From Chitinophagales bacterium (GTDB lineage Bacteria > Bacteroidota > Bacteroidia > Chitinophagales > CAIODY01), in assembly GCA_947449695.1 (NCBI GenBank), contig CANFST010000014.1, positions 1,430 through 65,429 of the forward strand: a stretch of 64,000 bases of DNA, in the 5' to 3' direction. The position numbers and the translations under genes were made by a program. Position 1 is the first letter of the stretch, and each line of letters starts with the position of its first letter. Below are positions 9,130 to 18,542 of the stretch, piece after piece. The notes below the pieces were generated by a model. It did no database searches and had not been told where the DNA came from. It saw only the letters and a list, made by a program, of their open reading frames with translations.

Positions 9130-11223
9130 TTACAAATCCAACACCAATGCGCCTTGCAAGGCGGTGTTCCAAATCGGAATTTTTAGTTTACTAGCTTCAT
9201 CCGTCCATTTTTTTGCTTTGTAGATTGAATTGGAAGAATCAAAAACCAACATTTTCGGATGTAAATTTTCAACTAATGAATCCACGTTTCCAATAGCATT
9301 GTGTGCAACAATAACAATTGTGTTTGTTGAATTTTTTTCTAGCGTAATCTCACTATTTACTTTGCCGAGATAAATAATTTTGTTGTTGTTAAAAGTAAAT
9401 TCATTTGATTGTGTTGAATGATTACTAATTGATTTCTCATTGGCTAAACCAAATAAAATTCTTGCAGGTTTTAAGTGAAAATTTTGAGTGATGTGATTGG
9501 ATTGCACCAACGAATCTTTAAACGAACTATAATTTTTCCCTTCTACAAAATCAATAGCAGAACCATGCGGAATGGCGTACACAATTATTTTTTTCTGTCG
9601 AATTATTTCTATCTCATCAAATATTTTCCAACTCAAAAACAACAAAACTAATCCCAATGCTATTTTTAGGTGATTGGATTTTTTATAAAGAAACCATACT
9701 ATAAAATAAATGATAACTACGTACAATAAAACAATTTGAAAAATGTTGAATTGCAATCCGTTCCAAACTGCACCTGGTAAATTATCAACCCACTCAATCC
9801 CTTTATTCATCAACATTATCAGCCAATAATTAATTATGCCAGCCATTTTTGCTAAATAATTCAATTGCAATACCGATAAAAAAATCATGCCCAATTCAGC
9901 ATATAAAATAATGGTGGAAAGTGGAATGGCAATCAAATTGGCTAATAAAAAATAATTGGGTAATTGATGAAAATAAAATAAACAAATTGGGAAAGCCACT
10001 ATTTCTGCAGCAATGGAGATAGCAATTAAATTATCCCAAACTTTTTTGAAATAAAAAAAATCAACCGTTACCCAGTTTTTTATAAATTTTTGCAAAGAAA
10101 CAATTCCGATAACAGCAATATAAGAAAGCTGAAAACCGACATCAGCGGCGATATACGGGTCAATCACCAAAATGAATAAAGCGGAAGCTGCTAGCGAATT
10201 GTAAATAGAAGTTTTATGTTTTAACAAAGTAGATAATTGCAGAAAACTAAACATCACAGCTGCTCGAATTACCGAACCCGATGAGCCTGTGAGCAAAGAA
10301 AACAGCCAGATAATAGCTAACACAATGATGGATTTTAGAATTTTTGTTTTTCTTTTTTTATCTAAAAACGAAAAGAAAAAATTGAGCATACCAAATATCA
10401 AAGCCAAGTGCATTCCGCTGATAGCAAGTATGTGTACAATTCCTGTATCGGAATAAGCTTGTTGTAAATCTTTATCTAAATTATCGCGATAACCAATTAA
10501 CAAAGCTTGTGCAACGCCTACTTCTCTTTCATGCACAATACTTTTTTCGAGTATGGAAAGTGTTGAATCTCTTACTTGCCAAAGCTTTTTCCAGAAAGGG
10601 TTTGAGCGATTACCAAATTTCTCACATTCAGTTTCATGCAAAAATATTTGGTAGGTGATGCCTTGTGTGAGACACGAAAATTTATAATTAAAACAGCCAG
10701 GATTGCCAGAGTTTTTTATTTCAGTAAAATGGTTTGGAATTAACAATTCATCTCCATATTCAAATTGACTATTGTAGCTTTTTTTATCAAAATATACAAT
10801 CGTTTTTCCTAAACTTTTTTCATTGCCAATGTTATTCACTTCGGCTAAAGCTTTGTAACTGCCAACCTTTTCAATTGGATTTTCTAATAACCGAATCGTA
10901 GCGACAGTGGAATGATTGATTAAATTTTTGTAGTAGTTCTTTTGTTGTGTTTCATCATTGAATTGTGTGATGATTAAACCTAACAAAAATAAAGTGCACT
11001 GTACAAAAAAACCGTTTATCCAATAAAATTGAACTATTTTTTTAAATGAAAATTGTTGAAACAAAAAATAAGCAATTGCTGTAAAACCCAATAATATAAG
11101 CGAATACAAAAAATTGTTAAACTCGAAATGCAGTTGAAAAAAAATTCCACTCAATATTGGAATTAAAACCCTAACGAGTGGTGCTTCATGAAAAAATAAT
11201 TGAGTTTTTGAAAGCAATCGCAT
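9130..11223 (-). CDS. comEC: ComEC/Rec2-family competence membrane protein
   Basis: 697-aa polytopic membrane protein with the ILAISGMHLALIFGM competence-domain motif. Confidence 0.8.
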   Translation of the reverse strand: MRLLSKTQLFFHEAPLVRVLIPILSGIFFQLHFEFNNFLYSLILLGFTAIAYFLFQQFSFKKIVQFYWINGFFVQCTLFLLGLIITQFNDETQQKNYYKNLINHSTVATIRLLENPIEKVGSYKALAEVNNIGNEKSLGKTIVYFDKKSYNSQFEYGDELLIPNHFTEIKNSGNPGCFNYKFSCLTQGITYQIFLHETECEKFGNRSNPFWKKLWQVRDSTLSILEKSIVHEREVGVAQALLIGYRDNLDKDLQQAYSDTGIVHILAISGMHLALIFGMLNFFFSFLDKKRKTKILKSIIVLAIIWLFSLLTGSSGSVIRAAVMFSFLQLSTLLKHKTSIYNSLAASALFILVIDPYIAADVGFQLSYIAVIGIVSLQKFIKNWVTVDFFYFKKVWDNLIAISIAAEIVAFPICLFYFHQLPNYFLLANLIAIPLSTIILYAELGMIFLSVLQLNYLAKMAGIINYWLIMLMNKGIEWVDNLPGAVWNGLQFNIFQIVLLYVVIIYFIVWFLYKKSNHLKIALGLVLLFLSWKIFDEIEIIRQKKIIVYAIPHGSAIDFVEGKNYSSFKDSLVQSNHITQNFHLKPARILFGLANEKSISNHSTQSNEFTFNNNKIIYLGKVNSEITLEKNSTNTIVIVAHNAIGNVDSLVENLHPKMLVFDSSNSIYKAKKWTDEASKLKIPIWNTALQGALVLDL

Positions 11224-11243
11224 AACTACTTTCTAAAAAAGAT

Positions 11244-11930
11244 TTAGAATAAGCCGTTCAGTTCAGCATTCACTTTGTTGATTACTTTGCTTAGATCTTC
11301 TTTCTTTTCCGCAAAATTCAAAGTGTCAACTTCAATCACAAGCAACTTACCCATTTTGTAATTCTTTGCCCAATTGTCGTAATGTTCATTTAGTCGTTTC
11401 AAATAATCGAGGCGAATATTGTCTTCATATTCTCTGCCGCGTTTTTCAATTTGATTCACCAACGTGCCAATACTTGCTTTTAAATAAATCATCAAATCGG
11501 GTTGTGGTACCATTGAATGCAAAGTGGTAAACAAAGATTGATAATTTTGAAAATCACGAGCTGACATCAAACCCATTTCATGTAAGTTGGGAGCAAAAAT
11601 AAATGCGTCTTCATAAATAGAGCGGTCTTGAATAACTGTTTCCGAACCCTTGTGAATATTGATGATTTGGCTGAAACGACTATTTAAAAAATAGATTTGC
11701 AAATTAAAACTCCAGCGCACCATATCTTCATAAAAATCATTTAGATAAGGGTTGTTTTCAACGTCTTCGTAATGTGGTGTCCATCCGAAGTTTTTTGCTA
11801 AAAGCTTAGTTAATGTAGTTTTGCCTGCGCCGATGTTGCCTGCAATGGCAATGTGTTTTACTGGTTTTCTGGTAGAGGATTTCTTAGCCACGGGTGATTG
11901 AATTTTTAAAAACGAGTTCCGAAAATACAA
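11244..11930 (-). CDS. Deoxynucleoside kinase (dCK/dGK family)
   Basis: P-loop IAIAGNIGAGKTT and a DRSIYED motif. There is no in-frame ATG near the 5' end, so the start is either TTG at 11930 or GTG at 11891. Confidence 0.8.
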   Translation of the reverse strand: MYFRNSFLKIQSPVAKKSSTRKPVKHIAIAGNIGAGKTTLTKLLAKNFGWTPHYEDVENNPYLNDFYEDMVRWSFNLQIYFLNSRFSQIINIHKGSETVIQDRSIYEDAFIFAPNLHEMGLMSARDFQNYQSLFTTLHSMVPQPDLMIYLKASIGTLVNQIEKRGREYEDNIRLDYLKRLNEHYDNWAKNYKMGKLLVIEVDTLNFAEKKEDLSKVINKVNAELNGLF

Positions 11931-11999
11931 CTAAAATGAATAATTCAAACAAAAGAATTTTTTATTCGGAAAAAATAAAAACAGGAAAGAATGATAGAA

Positions 12000-12251
12000 T
12001 TAATTTAAACGAACCAATTCAGGGTTTGGATTTTCATGCACCCATACACATGAGGCTTCTTCTTTTCTTAAGCTCAATTCATAGCCTGAAACTATTATTG
12101 CCATTGGGTCGCCGAGTGGTGCAATTTTTACAACACGAATCAATTCGCCAGGCAAACACCCCATTTCCATCAATTTGGTAGAAACAGTTTCATCTGTAAA
12201 TCGGCTTACAACGCCGATTTCGCCTACTTTTAAATTTGATAATTGTTTCAT
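12000..12251 (-). CDS. feoA: FeoA-domain protein (stand-alone)
   Basis: 83 aa. LKVGEIGVVSRF...MEMGCLPGELIRVVKIAPLGDPMAI fits the SH3-like FeoA pattern. Confidence 0.8.
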   Translation of the reverse strand: MKQLSNLKVGEIGVVSRFTDETVSTKLMEMGCLPGELIRVVKIAPLGDPMAIIVSGYELSLRKEEASCVWVHENPNPELVRLN

Positions 12252-12259
12252 TTTTTTTC

Positions 12260-12286
12260 GTGTTACTTACTTTGTAAAGGTAACAC
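12260..12286. promoter_or_regulatory. 27-nt inverted repeat next to the feoA start
   Basis: GTGTTAC-N13-GTAACAC (7-bp arms) ends 8 nt from the feoA ATG. No T-run follows it on the coding strand, so it is not a canonical terminator. Confidence 0.3.
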
Positions 12287-12310
12287 TGCTTTCAACGAAA
12301 TAAAATACGT

Positions 12311-12454
12311 TTAACGACGTATGTAACGTTTGTCAGTTCTGAATTTTGTTGGTGTAGCTGCATCTTTATGCCCCCAAACACTTGATGAATGACATGATGC
12401 AAAGAATAAACCTACTATAGCAACAATTAAAATAGATGAAAGTTTGTTTTTCAT
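12311..12454 (-). CDS. 47-aa putative lipoprotein (small ORF A)
   Basis: My own translation is MKNKLSSILIVAIVGLFFASCHSSSVWGHKDAATPTKFRTDKRYIRR. It has a signal peptide with an A-S-C lipobox-like site. The ORF is below the 60-aa cutoff of the track. Confidence 0.5.
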   Translation of the reverse strand: MKNKLSSILIVAIVGLFFASCHSSSVWGHKDAATPTKFRTDKRYIRR

Positions 12455-12594
12455 GATGCAAAATTATTTGTTGTTGATTTTACTTGAGAAAACTTTGGAC
12501 AGGTTTGACAACGGTGTGAACCTTTACCACCACTGCATGATGCAATTGTAATGCTAATCGTTACTACCAATATTATTAGTTTTAAAATTTTCAT
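12451..12594 (-). CDS. 47-aa putative lipoprotein (small ORF B)
   Basis: My own translation is MKILKLIILVVTISITIASCSGGKGSHRCQTCPKFSQVKSTTNNFAS. It has a signal peptide and an A-S-C site. Its TGA overlaps the ATG of ORF A (ATGA). Confidence 0.5.
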   Translation of the reverse strand: MKILKLIILVVTISITIASCSGGKGSHRCQTCPKFSQVKSTTNNFAS

Positions 12595-12610
12595 ATGATT
12601 TTTATTTTGG

Positions 12611-12646
12611 TAAAAATACGTAAAAAATGAAAATTTGTTTTACGTA
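12611..12646 (-). terminator. Probable rho-independent terminator after guaA
   Basis: A 9-bp A+T-rich stem (TACGTAAAA / TTTTACGTA) followed on the minus strand by TTTTT. Confidence 0.45.
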
Positions 12647-12684
12647 AATTGATTTTGAGTTGAAAAGGAAATGGTAAAACCTTA

Positions 12685-14220
12685 TTATTCCCACTCAATT
12701 GTAGCAGGCGGTTTGCTGCTGATATCATATACCACACGATTTATACCTTTCACCCGATTAATAATTGCATTGCTGATTTGCGCTAAAATTTCATAAGGTA
12801 AATGTACCCAATCAGCAGTCATGCCATCCACACTTGTAACTGCACGAAGTGCTAATACAAATTCATAAGTACGTTCATCGCCCATTACACCTACTGTTTG
12901 AACACTGGTAAGAATTGCACCAGCCTGCCAGATTTTATTATACCAACCTGTTTGTCTCAAAATATCAATGTAAATAGCATCGGCTTCCTGCAACAATTTT
13001 ATTTTTTCCTCGGTAATTGCTCCTATGATTCTGATAGCCAAACCTGGCCCTGGAAAAGGATGACGACCTAAAATATTTTCATCAATCTGCAATGAACGAC
13101 CAACTCTTCTTACTTCATCTTTAAACAACATTCTCAATGGCTCCACAATTTTCAGATTCAACTTTTCAGGCAAACCTCCAACATTATGATGTGATTTAAT
13201 TGTCTGTGACGGACCACCATGAACACTTACACTTTCAATTACATCAGGATAAATTGTGCCCTGAGCCAACCATTTAGCATTGGTTAATCGTTTTGCTTCA
13301 CGTTCAAACACATCGATAAAAGTTCCGCCGATTGCTTTACGCTTTCTTTCTGGGTCACTTTCATTATTCAATTTAGCATAAAAATCTTTTGAAGCATCCA
13401 CACCAACAATGTTCAATCCCATTGTTTCATAAGTTTTCAAAACCTGTTCGTATTCTCCCTTCCGCAATAATCCATTATCTACAAATACGCAATGCAGATT
13501 TTTCCCAATCGCTTTATGCAATAAAACAGCAGCTACAGTTGAATCAACCCCACCGCTTAAAGCCAATATCACTTCATCATTTCCAATTTGTTCTTTTAAG
13601 GAATCAACTGTTGAATCAATGTAAGCATCGGGTGTCCAATCGCCTTTGCAACCACAAACATCAAATAAAAACTGCCCAATAAATTCCTTGCCTTTTTCAC
13701 TATGTGTTACCTCAGGATGAAACTGCACACCCCAAACTGGTTGGGCATATGCATCTTTTTTACTCTGATAAAATGCAACTGGGATGTGGTCGGTAGTCCC
13801 TTTTATTTCAAATGTTTCAGGCAATTTCAAAATGGAATCGCCATGACTCATCCAAATCTGGCTATTGTTTAATTCATGCAAATGAATGTGCTCATCAGCT
13901 ATTCTTAAACGTGCTCTGCCATATTCACGTGATGCAGATTTTGCAACTTCACCACCTAATATTTTTGCCATTAATTGTGCACCGTAACAAATGCCAAGCA
14001 CTGGTATTTTACCTAATATTTTTTGTAAATCAATTTGAGGAGCATCAGCATCATTAACGCTGCAAGGACTACCACCTAAAATAATTCCTTTAAGATTTGA
14101 GGTTAATTCAAACTTGGAATTATAAGGTAAAATTTCGCAGTAAACATTGTGTTCACGAATTCTACGAGCAATTAACTGAGTGTATTGCGAACCAAAATCG
14201 AGGATGATTATTTTTTCCAT
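12685..14220 (-). CDS. guaA: GMP synthase (glutamine-hydrolysing)
   Basis: 511 aa with an N-terminal GATase domain (GICYGAQLM), the ATP-PPase motif SGGVDSTV and the conserved C-terminus KPPATIEWE. Confidence 0.97.
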   Translation of the reverse strand: MEKIIILDFGSQYTQLIARRIREHNVYCEILPYNSKFELTSNLKGIILGGSPCSVNDADAPQIDLQKILGKIPVLGICYGAQLMAKILGGEVAKSASREYGRARLRIADEHIHLHELNNSQIWMSHGDSILKLPETFEIKGTTDHIPVAFYQSKKDAYAQPVWGVQFHPEVTHSEKGKEFIGQFLFDVCGCKGDWTPDAYIDSTVDSLKEQIGNDEVILALSGGVDSTVAAVLLHKAIGKNLHCVFVDNGLLRKGEYEQVLKTYETMGLNIVGVDASKDFYAKLNNESDPERKRKAIGGTFIDVFEREAKRLTNAKWLAQGTIYPDVIESVSVHGGPSQTIKSHHNVGGLPEKLNLKIVEPLRMLFKDEVRRVGRSLQIDENILGRHPFPGPGLAIRIIGAITEEKIKLLQEADAIYIDILRQTGWYNKIWQAGAILTSVQTVGVMGDERTYEFVLALRAVTSVDGMTADWVHLPYEILAQISNAIINRVKGINRVVYDISSKPPATIEWE

Positions 14221-14273
14221 TTGTGGTGCAAAAGTAAAAAAACTAATGATGCGATTTTTGTTGAAAAAAATTA

Positions 14274-15434
14274 TTACAAATTATGAGCTGCAATGAGCCT
14301 TTGATAGGTTCTTAAAATTTCTTGATGAATAAATTCAACATTATAAAACTTTTTGATTTCTATATTCAAATTGTCTGACATGCCTTTCATTTTTTTAAGA
14401 TTGGCGATTGCAAATTCAATCTTTTCCATCAAATCATTTTCGTTTTTTTGTTCAAAAAGAAGACCGGTTTTTTCGTGTTCAATTATATCAATATTGCCCG
14501 GAATATTAGAGCAAATAATCGGGCAATTCATTGCCCCTGCTTGCAATAAAACGTTTGGAAATCCTTCGCGATGGCTTGCATGAATCATTAAGTTGGCTAA
14601 CGCAAAATAATATTCCACTTCATTAGTCCAATTAATTTTTATGATGGCTTTATGGTTTTCAATTTCATTTTTTGTGTCGATAGGTAACGGATCTAATTCG
14701 TCTTCAAAATCGCCCAACAGCAATAGCTTCAAGTTGCTATTTGTTTTTTGTAACACATTAAATGCATTGATTAATTCTACAATTCCTTTGTCCTTTACAA
14801 TTCGCCCAACAGCGATTAAGTAAAAATTATTTTCGTTAAAATCAATTGCTGTTTTAATTTCCGTCAATCGTTTTTCAGACAAATTATTTTTTGAAAAACG
14901 CTGTAAATTTATTCCATTGGATGAGCCTTTGCCTAAAATTTTTATTTTAGAAAGTTCACAAAAATTATTTTCGACAATAAATTTTTTTAGCGATTCGGCG
15001 TTTGGATAAATTTCATTTGCACATTTATAAGTAACAATTTCACACCATTCTAAAATTTTTCTTTTAATACCAATGGTACTCAATAAAGGCATGCCAGCAA
15101 CCGTGTGCAGACGAATAGGCACACCAGTAAATTTTGCAGCCATCATGCCAAGCAAACCTGCCTTGGGTGTATGTGTGTGAACAATTTGTGGTTTTTCTTT
15201 TTTGAAAAACTGATACAATTTCCACAAACAAATTAAATCTTGGAGCGGTGTAATTTGTCGAGTAAATGGGATAATAACATGTGGCACATCTTCTTGTTGT
15301 ATTGCTTCATTTCGTTCTTTTCCATCGGCACTTATCATCGTTACTTCAAAACCATTTTGCTTCATAAATCGTATTTGATTTTGCAACAAAAGTTTTAATG
15401 AGATTGGTACTGTTGTGATGCGAATTAATTTCAT
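14274..15434 (-). CDS. GT4-family glycosyltransferase
   Basis: C-terminal [24 protein letters not shown] (E-x7-E region). Its ATG overlaps the upstream stop (ATGA). Confidence 0.85.
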   Translation of the reverse strand: MKLIRITTVPISLKLLLQNQIRFMKQNGFEVTMISADGKERNEAIQQEDVPHVIIPFTRQITPLQDLICLWKLYQFFKKEKPQIVHTHTPKAGLLGMMAAKFTGVPIRLHTVAGMPLLSTIGIKRKILEWCEIVTYKCANEIYPNAESLKKFIVENNFCELSKIKILGKGSSNGINLQRFSKNNLSEKRLTEIKTAIDFNENNFYLIAVGRIVKDKGIVELINAFNVLQKTNSNLKLLLLGDFEDELDPLPIDTKNEIENHKAIIKINWTNEVEYYFALANLMIHASHREGFPNVLLQAGAMNCPIICSNIPGNIDIIEHEKTGLLFEQKNENDLMEKIEFAIANLKKMKGMSDNLNIEIKKFYNVEFIHQEILRTYQRLIAAHNL

Positions 15435-16543
15435 GAATCGGGTGATAGTGCTTGCAATAGTGAGTTTACAAAGTTTTTAGGATTCAATTTTTGTAAAAAA
15501 AATTTCTTATTTTCGAGTTCATTTTTTTCAAAATTATTTCCATCCAGCATTGCTTCAATGGCTTTGCTTAATTCAACAGCTACATGATTATTTACAATTT
15601 TTAAGGTAGGAATTTCTTGCAACACATCGCAATTATTAGTTGAAATACAGTTGTTGTTTAATACCAACATTTGTAATAAAGAATTTGGAAACCCTTCATG
15701 CCGTGAGGTTAAAACACATATATCTGCTTGCTTCATCAATGGGTAAGGGTTAGTAGCATAACCAAACAAAAATACTTTTTGACTCAGTCCTAAATCATCA
15801 ATTTGTTTTTGTAAATTATTTCTTTCTGTGCCATCTCCTACAATTAGCAGATTTGTTTTTTTATTGAGTAATAATTGATAAGCATCAATCAACATCGAAA
15901 TTTGTTTTTCTGAAATCAAGCGACCAACACTTAAGATGAAAGGCTTAAATCTTTCAATACCTTCAATTGTTTCAGATGCTCCAAGTTCAATTTTTTTTAT
16001 GTTCAAAGGATTATAAATCACTACACATTTTTTGGTTAGCGATGAGATATTTGTGGTTAAACTTTTTTTCATGCCTTCAGTCTGGCAAATAACTTTATCG
16101 ACAAATGGATAACCCAACCAATAACGCATTTTGTAATTTAGTTTTTTCCAAAAACCAAAACGCTCAAAGATAACTGTGGACTCACGAGCTATTAAAAAAT
16201 CAGTTTTTAAAAACCCCAAAAATTTTGCAATACCAAGAGATGCATTGATATGAATATTGGATGACAGGCTGAAATAAAATTGTTGTCGGAAGAATTTTTT
16301 TCTTAAAAATAATAGTAAACTAAAAATACCACCATTGTATGTTTTGGCATTCAAACAATGAGTAAAAACATTACCTGGTAAGTTTTTCCAGCCTTTACCA
16401 TTCAATTGCTTCAAATAAATTACTTCAACTCTTTCAAATCGTTTGCTACATTCTATTGCAATTTCTTCCAAAACATAATCAGAGCCATCACCTAAATTGT
16501 TAGGTGATACAATTAGTACACTATGTTGTTGATGTCCTTTCAA
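15431..16543 (-). CDS. GT4-family glycosyltransferase
   Basis: HEGFPNSLLQMLVLNNNCIS motif. The only available start is TTG at 16543, 3 nt after the upstream stop. Confidence 0.8.
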   Translation of the reverse strand: MKGHQQHSVLIVSPNNLGDGSDYVLEEIAIECSKRFERVEVIYLKQLNGKGWKNLPGNVFTHCLNAKTYNGGIFSLLLFLRKKFFRQQFYFSLSSNIHINASLGIAKFLGFLKTDFLIARESTVIFERFGFWKKLNYKMRYWLGYPFVDKVICQTEGMKKSLTTNISSLTKKCVVIYNPLNIKKIELGASETIEGIERFKPFILSVGRLISEKQISMLIDAYQLLLNKKTNLLIVGDGTERNNLQKQIDDLGLSQKVFLFGYATNPYPLMKQADICVLTSRHEGFPNSLLQMLVLNNNCISTNNCDVLQEIPTLKIVNNHVAVELSKAIEAMLDGNNFEKNELENKKFFLQKLNPKNFVNSLLQALSPDS

Positions 16544-16546
16544 GAA

Positions 16547-17896
16547 TTAGTAGGTGCAATTGTTATAAAGCGAAACTGAGTTTTCATTTCTGATAATAAC
16601 TTTTGAGTTGAAATCAGTTTCACTGCAAATAAAATTATTTGGATTTAGTTTAACAACATTATTGGTTATTTCGCCTTCATTCGATCTCAAAAATTTTACA
16701 TAAACAATACCTTTAGCATAATTGATAAAAGTATTTCGGGATATGTTTAATTTTGAAACACCTGTAAAAAAAATTGCAGGATAGCTATTGGCATTAACAT
16801 TGCTACTATTCGTAACTTCGTTATTTGTTATAGAAATTTCATCAATACTTCCATTTGTTTTATCAACTTGATAAATGAATCCGTAATTTTCATAGGCAAA
16901 AAGATTGGCTTTGTTGTTGATAATTTCAATATGTTTCATCTTATATTCATTGTTAGTCCAAATCAAAAATCCCTTATTGCAATTTCGGATTTCGTTCTCA
17001 TAATATTTTACGTTTTCTTGGTCAAAGGCCAACGCTACAACATTGAATGCAATATTGTAATTATTGATGGAATTATGAAAAACATTACTATTTGAAAGAT
17101 GACATTCAATGGCTGTAGAAAAAGTACTTGGCGCACCGCCACATAATAAGTTGTTATTAAAAATCTCTACAGAATCAGCCATTACATAAATTGAACTATG
17201 GTCGTTTTGTTTTACTTCATGTTGGAAGCAATCACCAATATTTTCAATTACACAATTTGAAATTACAACATTTTTTACCAAACGAATATTGTCCTTTGCA
17301 ACATTCCCAATGCTAATGCATTGCCTGCCTATACTATTTCTGATTGTAATACTATCAATTTTTATTTTTCTTCCTCTGGTTAAACAAAAGGCTGCATTTT
17401 TAGTTTTTTGCAAACATTTTTCATCCGTAAGCATATTTTCTGAACCGTTTAAATCAAATGTAAGCCTGTGAATAAAAAAATTATTGATTGATTGCACTGC
17501 GTAAATAATGTTGAATGATTGACATGGTAAATCGCGATTCAATTTTTCGCCAGCTATTAAAATTGAATGACGATTCCCTACCAATTCTAAATTTGAATAA
17601 ATATTCAATAAAGAATTGTAAGGGTTATTAATTTTATTTTTTAAAACAGGATGAGTAAACTCAGTAGGAATATCTTTCAAGCAATATTTTCCATTGGGAA
17701 AATAAACTACTGTTCTTTCATTATTGTGTGACATGCTGTAAACCACTGCATTATCAATAGCGGTTTGAATTGCAACCCTATCATTGGTTTTTCCGTTTCC
17801 AATTGCGCCATATTCTTTTACATTAAAATCTTTACAAAAGGCTTTATTACTTAAAATTGTAATTAAAATTAGAAGAGCCAATTTTAACTTTTGCAT
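16547..17896 (-). CDS. Secreted right-handed beta-helix (pectate-lyase-fold, WcaM-like) protein
   Basis: Signal peptide followed by FNVKEYGAIGNGKTNDRVAIQTAID, the N-terminal signature of pectate_lyase_3/tailspike-like beta-helix proteins. The rest is Asn-rich and repetitive. Confidence 0.6.
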   Translation of the reverse strand: MQKLKLALLILITILSNKAFCKDFNVKEYGAIGNGKTNDRVAIQTAIDNAVVYSMSHNNERTVVYFPNGKYCLKDIPTEFTHPVLKNKINNPYNSLLNIYSNLELVGNRHSILIAGEKLNRDLPCQSFNIIYAVQSINNFFIHRLTFDLNGSENMLTDEKCLQKTKNAAFCLTRGRKIKIDSITIRNSIGRQCISIGNVAKDNIRLVKNVVISNCVIENIGDCFQHEVKQNDHSSIYVMADSVEIFNNNLLCGGAPSTFSTAIECHLSNSNVFHNSINNYNIAFNVVALAFDQENVKYYENEIRNCNKGFLIWTNNEYKMKHIEIINNKANLFAYENYGFIYQVDKTNGSIDEISITNNEVTNSSNVNANSYPAIFFTGVSKLNISRNTFINYAKGIVYVKFLRSNEGEITNNVVKLNPNNFICSETDFNSKVIIRNENSVSLYNNCTY

Positions 17897-17932
17897 TGAT
17901 GATTAATTTTAGGAAAGTTATGTTTAAACGCC

Positions 17933-17940
17933 TAATTTTG
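17933..17940 (+). promoter_or_regulatory. Candidate -7 box (TAATTTTG) for the plus-strand acetyltransferase
   Basis: Exact TAnnTTTG. The TTG track start (17946) would sit at the predicted transcription start, which favours ATG 17994. Confidence 0.4.
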
Positions 17941-17993
17941 CTTTTTTGAGAATCATTTTTAACATTTTATTCAACTTTCCATTTAAGTTTTTC

Positions 17994-18542
17994 ATGAAGC
18001 GGATTTTCAATCTATTTTATCGTCTCCTTTTAATTAGCACTTTAGGTTGCGAAGGATATGCAAAAAAAATCGGTGTAAAAATTGGTAAAAATTGCAGAAT
18101 CTATATTTCTCAATTTGGCACCGAACCTTTTTTAATTGAAATTGGAAATAATGTAACCATCACGAGTGGTGTAAAAATTATTACGCATGATGGTTCAACT
18201 TGGTTGATTAATGATGAAAAGGGTCGAAGATTTTTATACAAAAAAGTGATTATTCGCAATAATGTTTTTATTGGTGTAAACTCAATTATTTTGCCAGGTG
18301 TTATTATTGAGGACAATGTGATTATAGCAGCAGGAAGCGTTGTCACAAAGTCGATTCCTAGTGGTGTTATAGTTGGTGGCAACCCAGCAAAAATAATAGG
18401 AAGTTATTCTGAGTTTAAAAAACAAGCTATCGAAAATAATTTCTCGAAAAAGGATTGGGATAGCTCTAAAGATTATAGAACTAATATTTTGCAAATGCTT
18501 GACAAAACTCCTAAACCTTACTTGGAAAATAAATTTTTGTAA
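17994..18542 (+). CDS. Hexapeptide-repeat (LbH) O-acetyltransferase
   Basis: Repeated [LIV]-G-x4 hexads (IGNNVTITSG, IRNNVFIGVNSIILPGVIIEDNVIIAAGSVV) and C-terminal GGNPAKIIG. Confidence 0.85.
   Translation: MKRIFNLFYRLLLISTLGCEGYAKKIGVKIGKNCRIYISQFGTEPFLIEIGNNVTITSGVKIITHDGSTWLINDEKGRRFLYKKVIIRNNVFIGVNSIILPGVIIEDNVIIAAGSVVTKSIPSGVIVGGNPAKIIGSYSEFKKQAIENNFSKKDWDSSKDYRTNILQMLDKTPKPYLENKFL

Noticed and set aside
8747-9223. 158-aa plus-strand ORF in the supplied track
   Set aside because: It is antisense to the well-supported TlpA-like gene and runs into the ComEC 3' end. The sequence is low-complexity and Phe/Ile/Thr-rich with no motif, which is typical of a shadow ORF in A+T-rich DNA.
11894-12181. 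95-aa plus-strand ORF bridging the deoxynucleoside kinase start and feoA
   Set aside because: It is antisense to feoA for most of its length and has no motifs. The feoA reading is supported by the FeoA pattern.
12321-12336. Motif ATGTAACGT...TTTGTCAG shared between 12321-12336 and 42835-42882, as a possible regulatory site
   Set aside because: The first copy lies inside the coding 3' end of small ORF A. The two halves are contiguous in one copy and 31 nt apart in the other, and matches of 8-9 nt are expected by chance in 64 kb of A+T-rich sequence.
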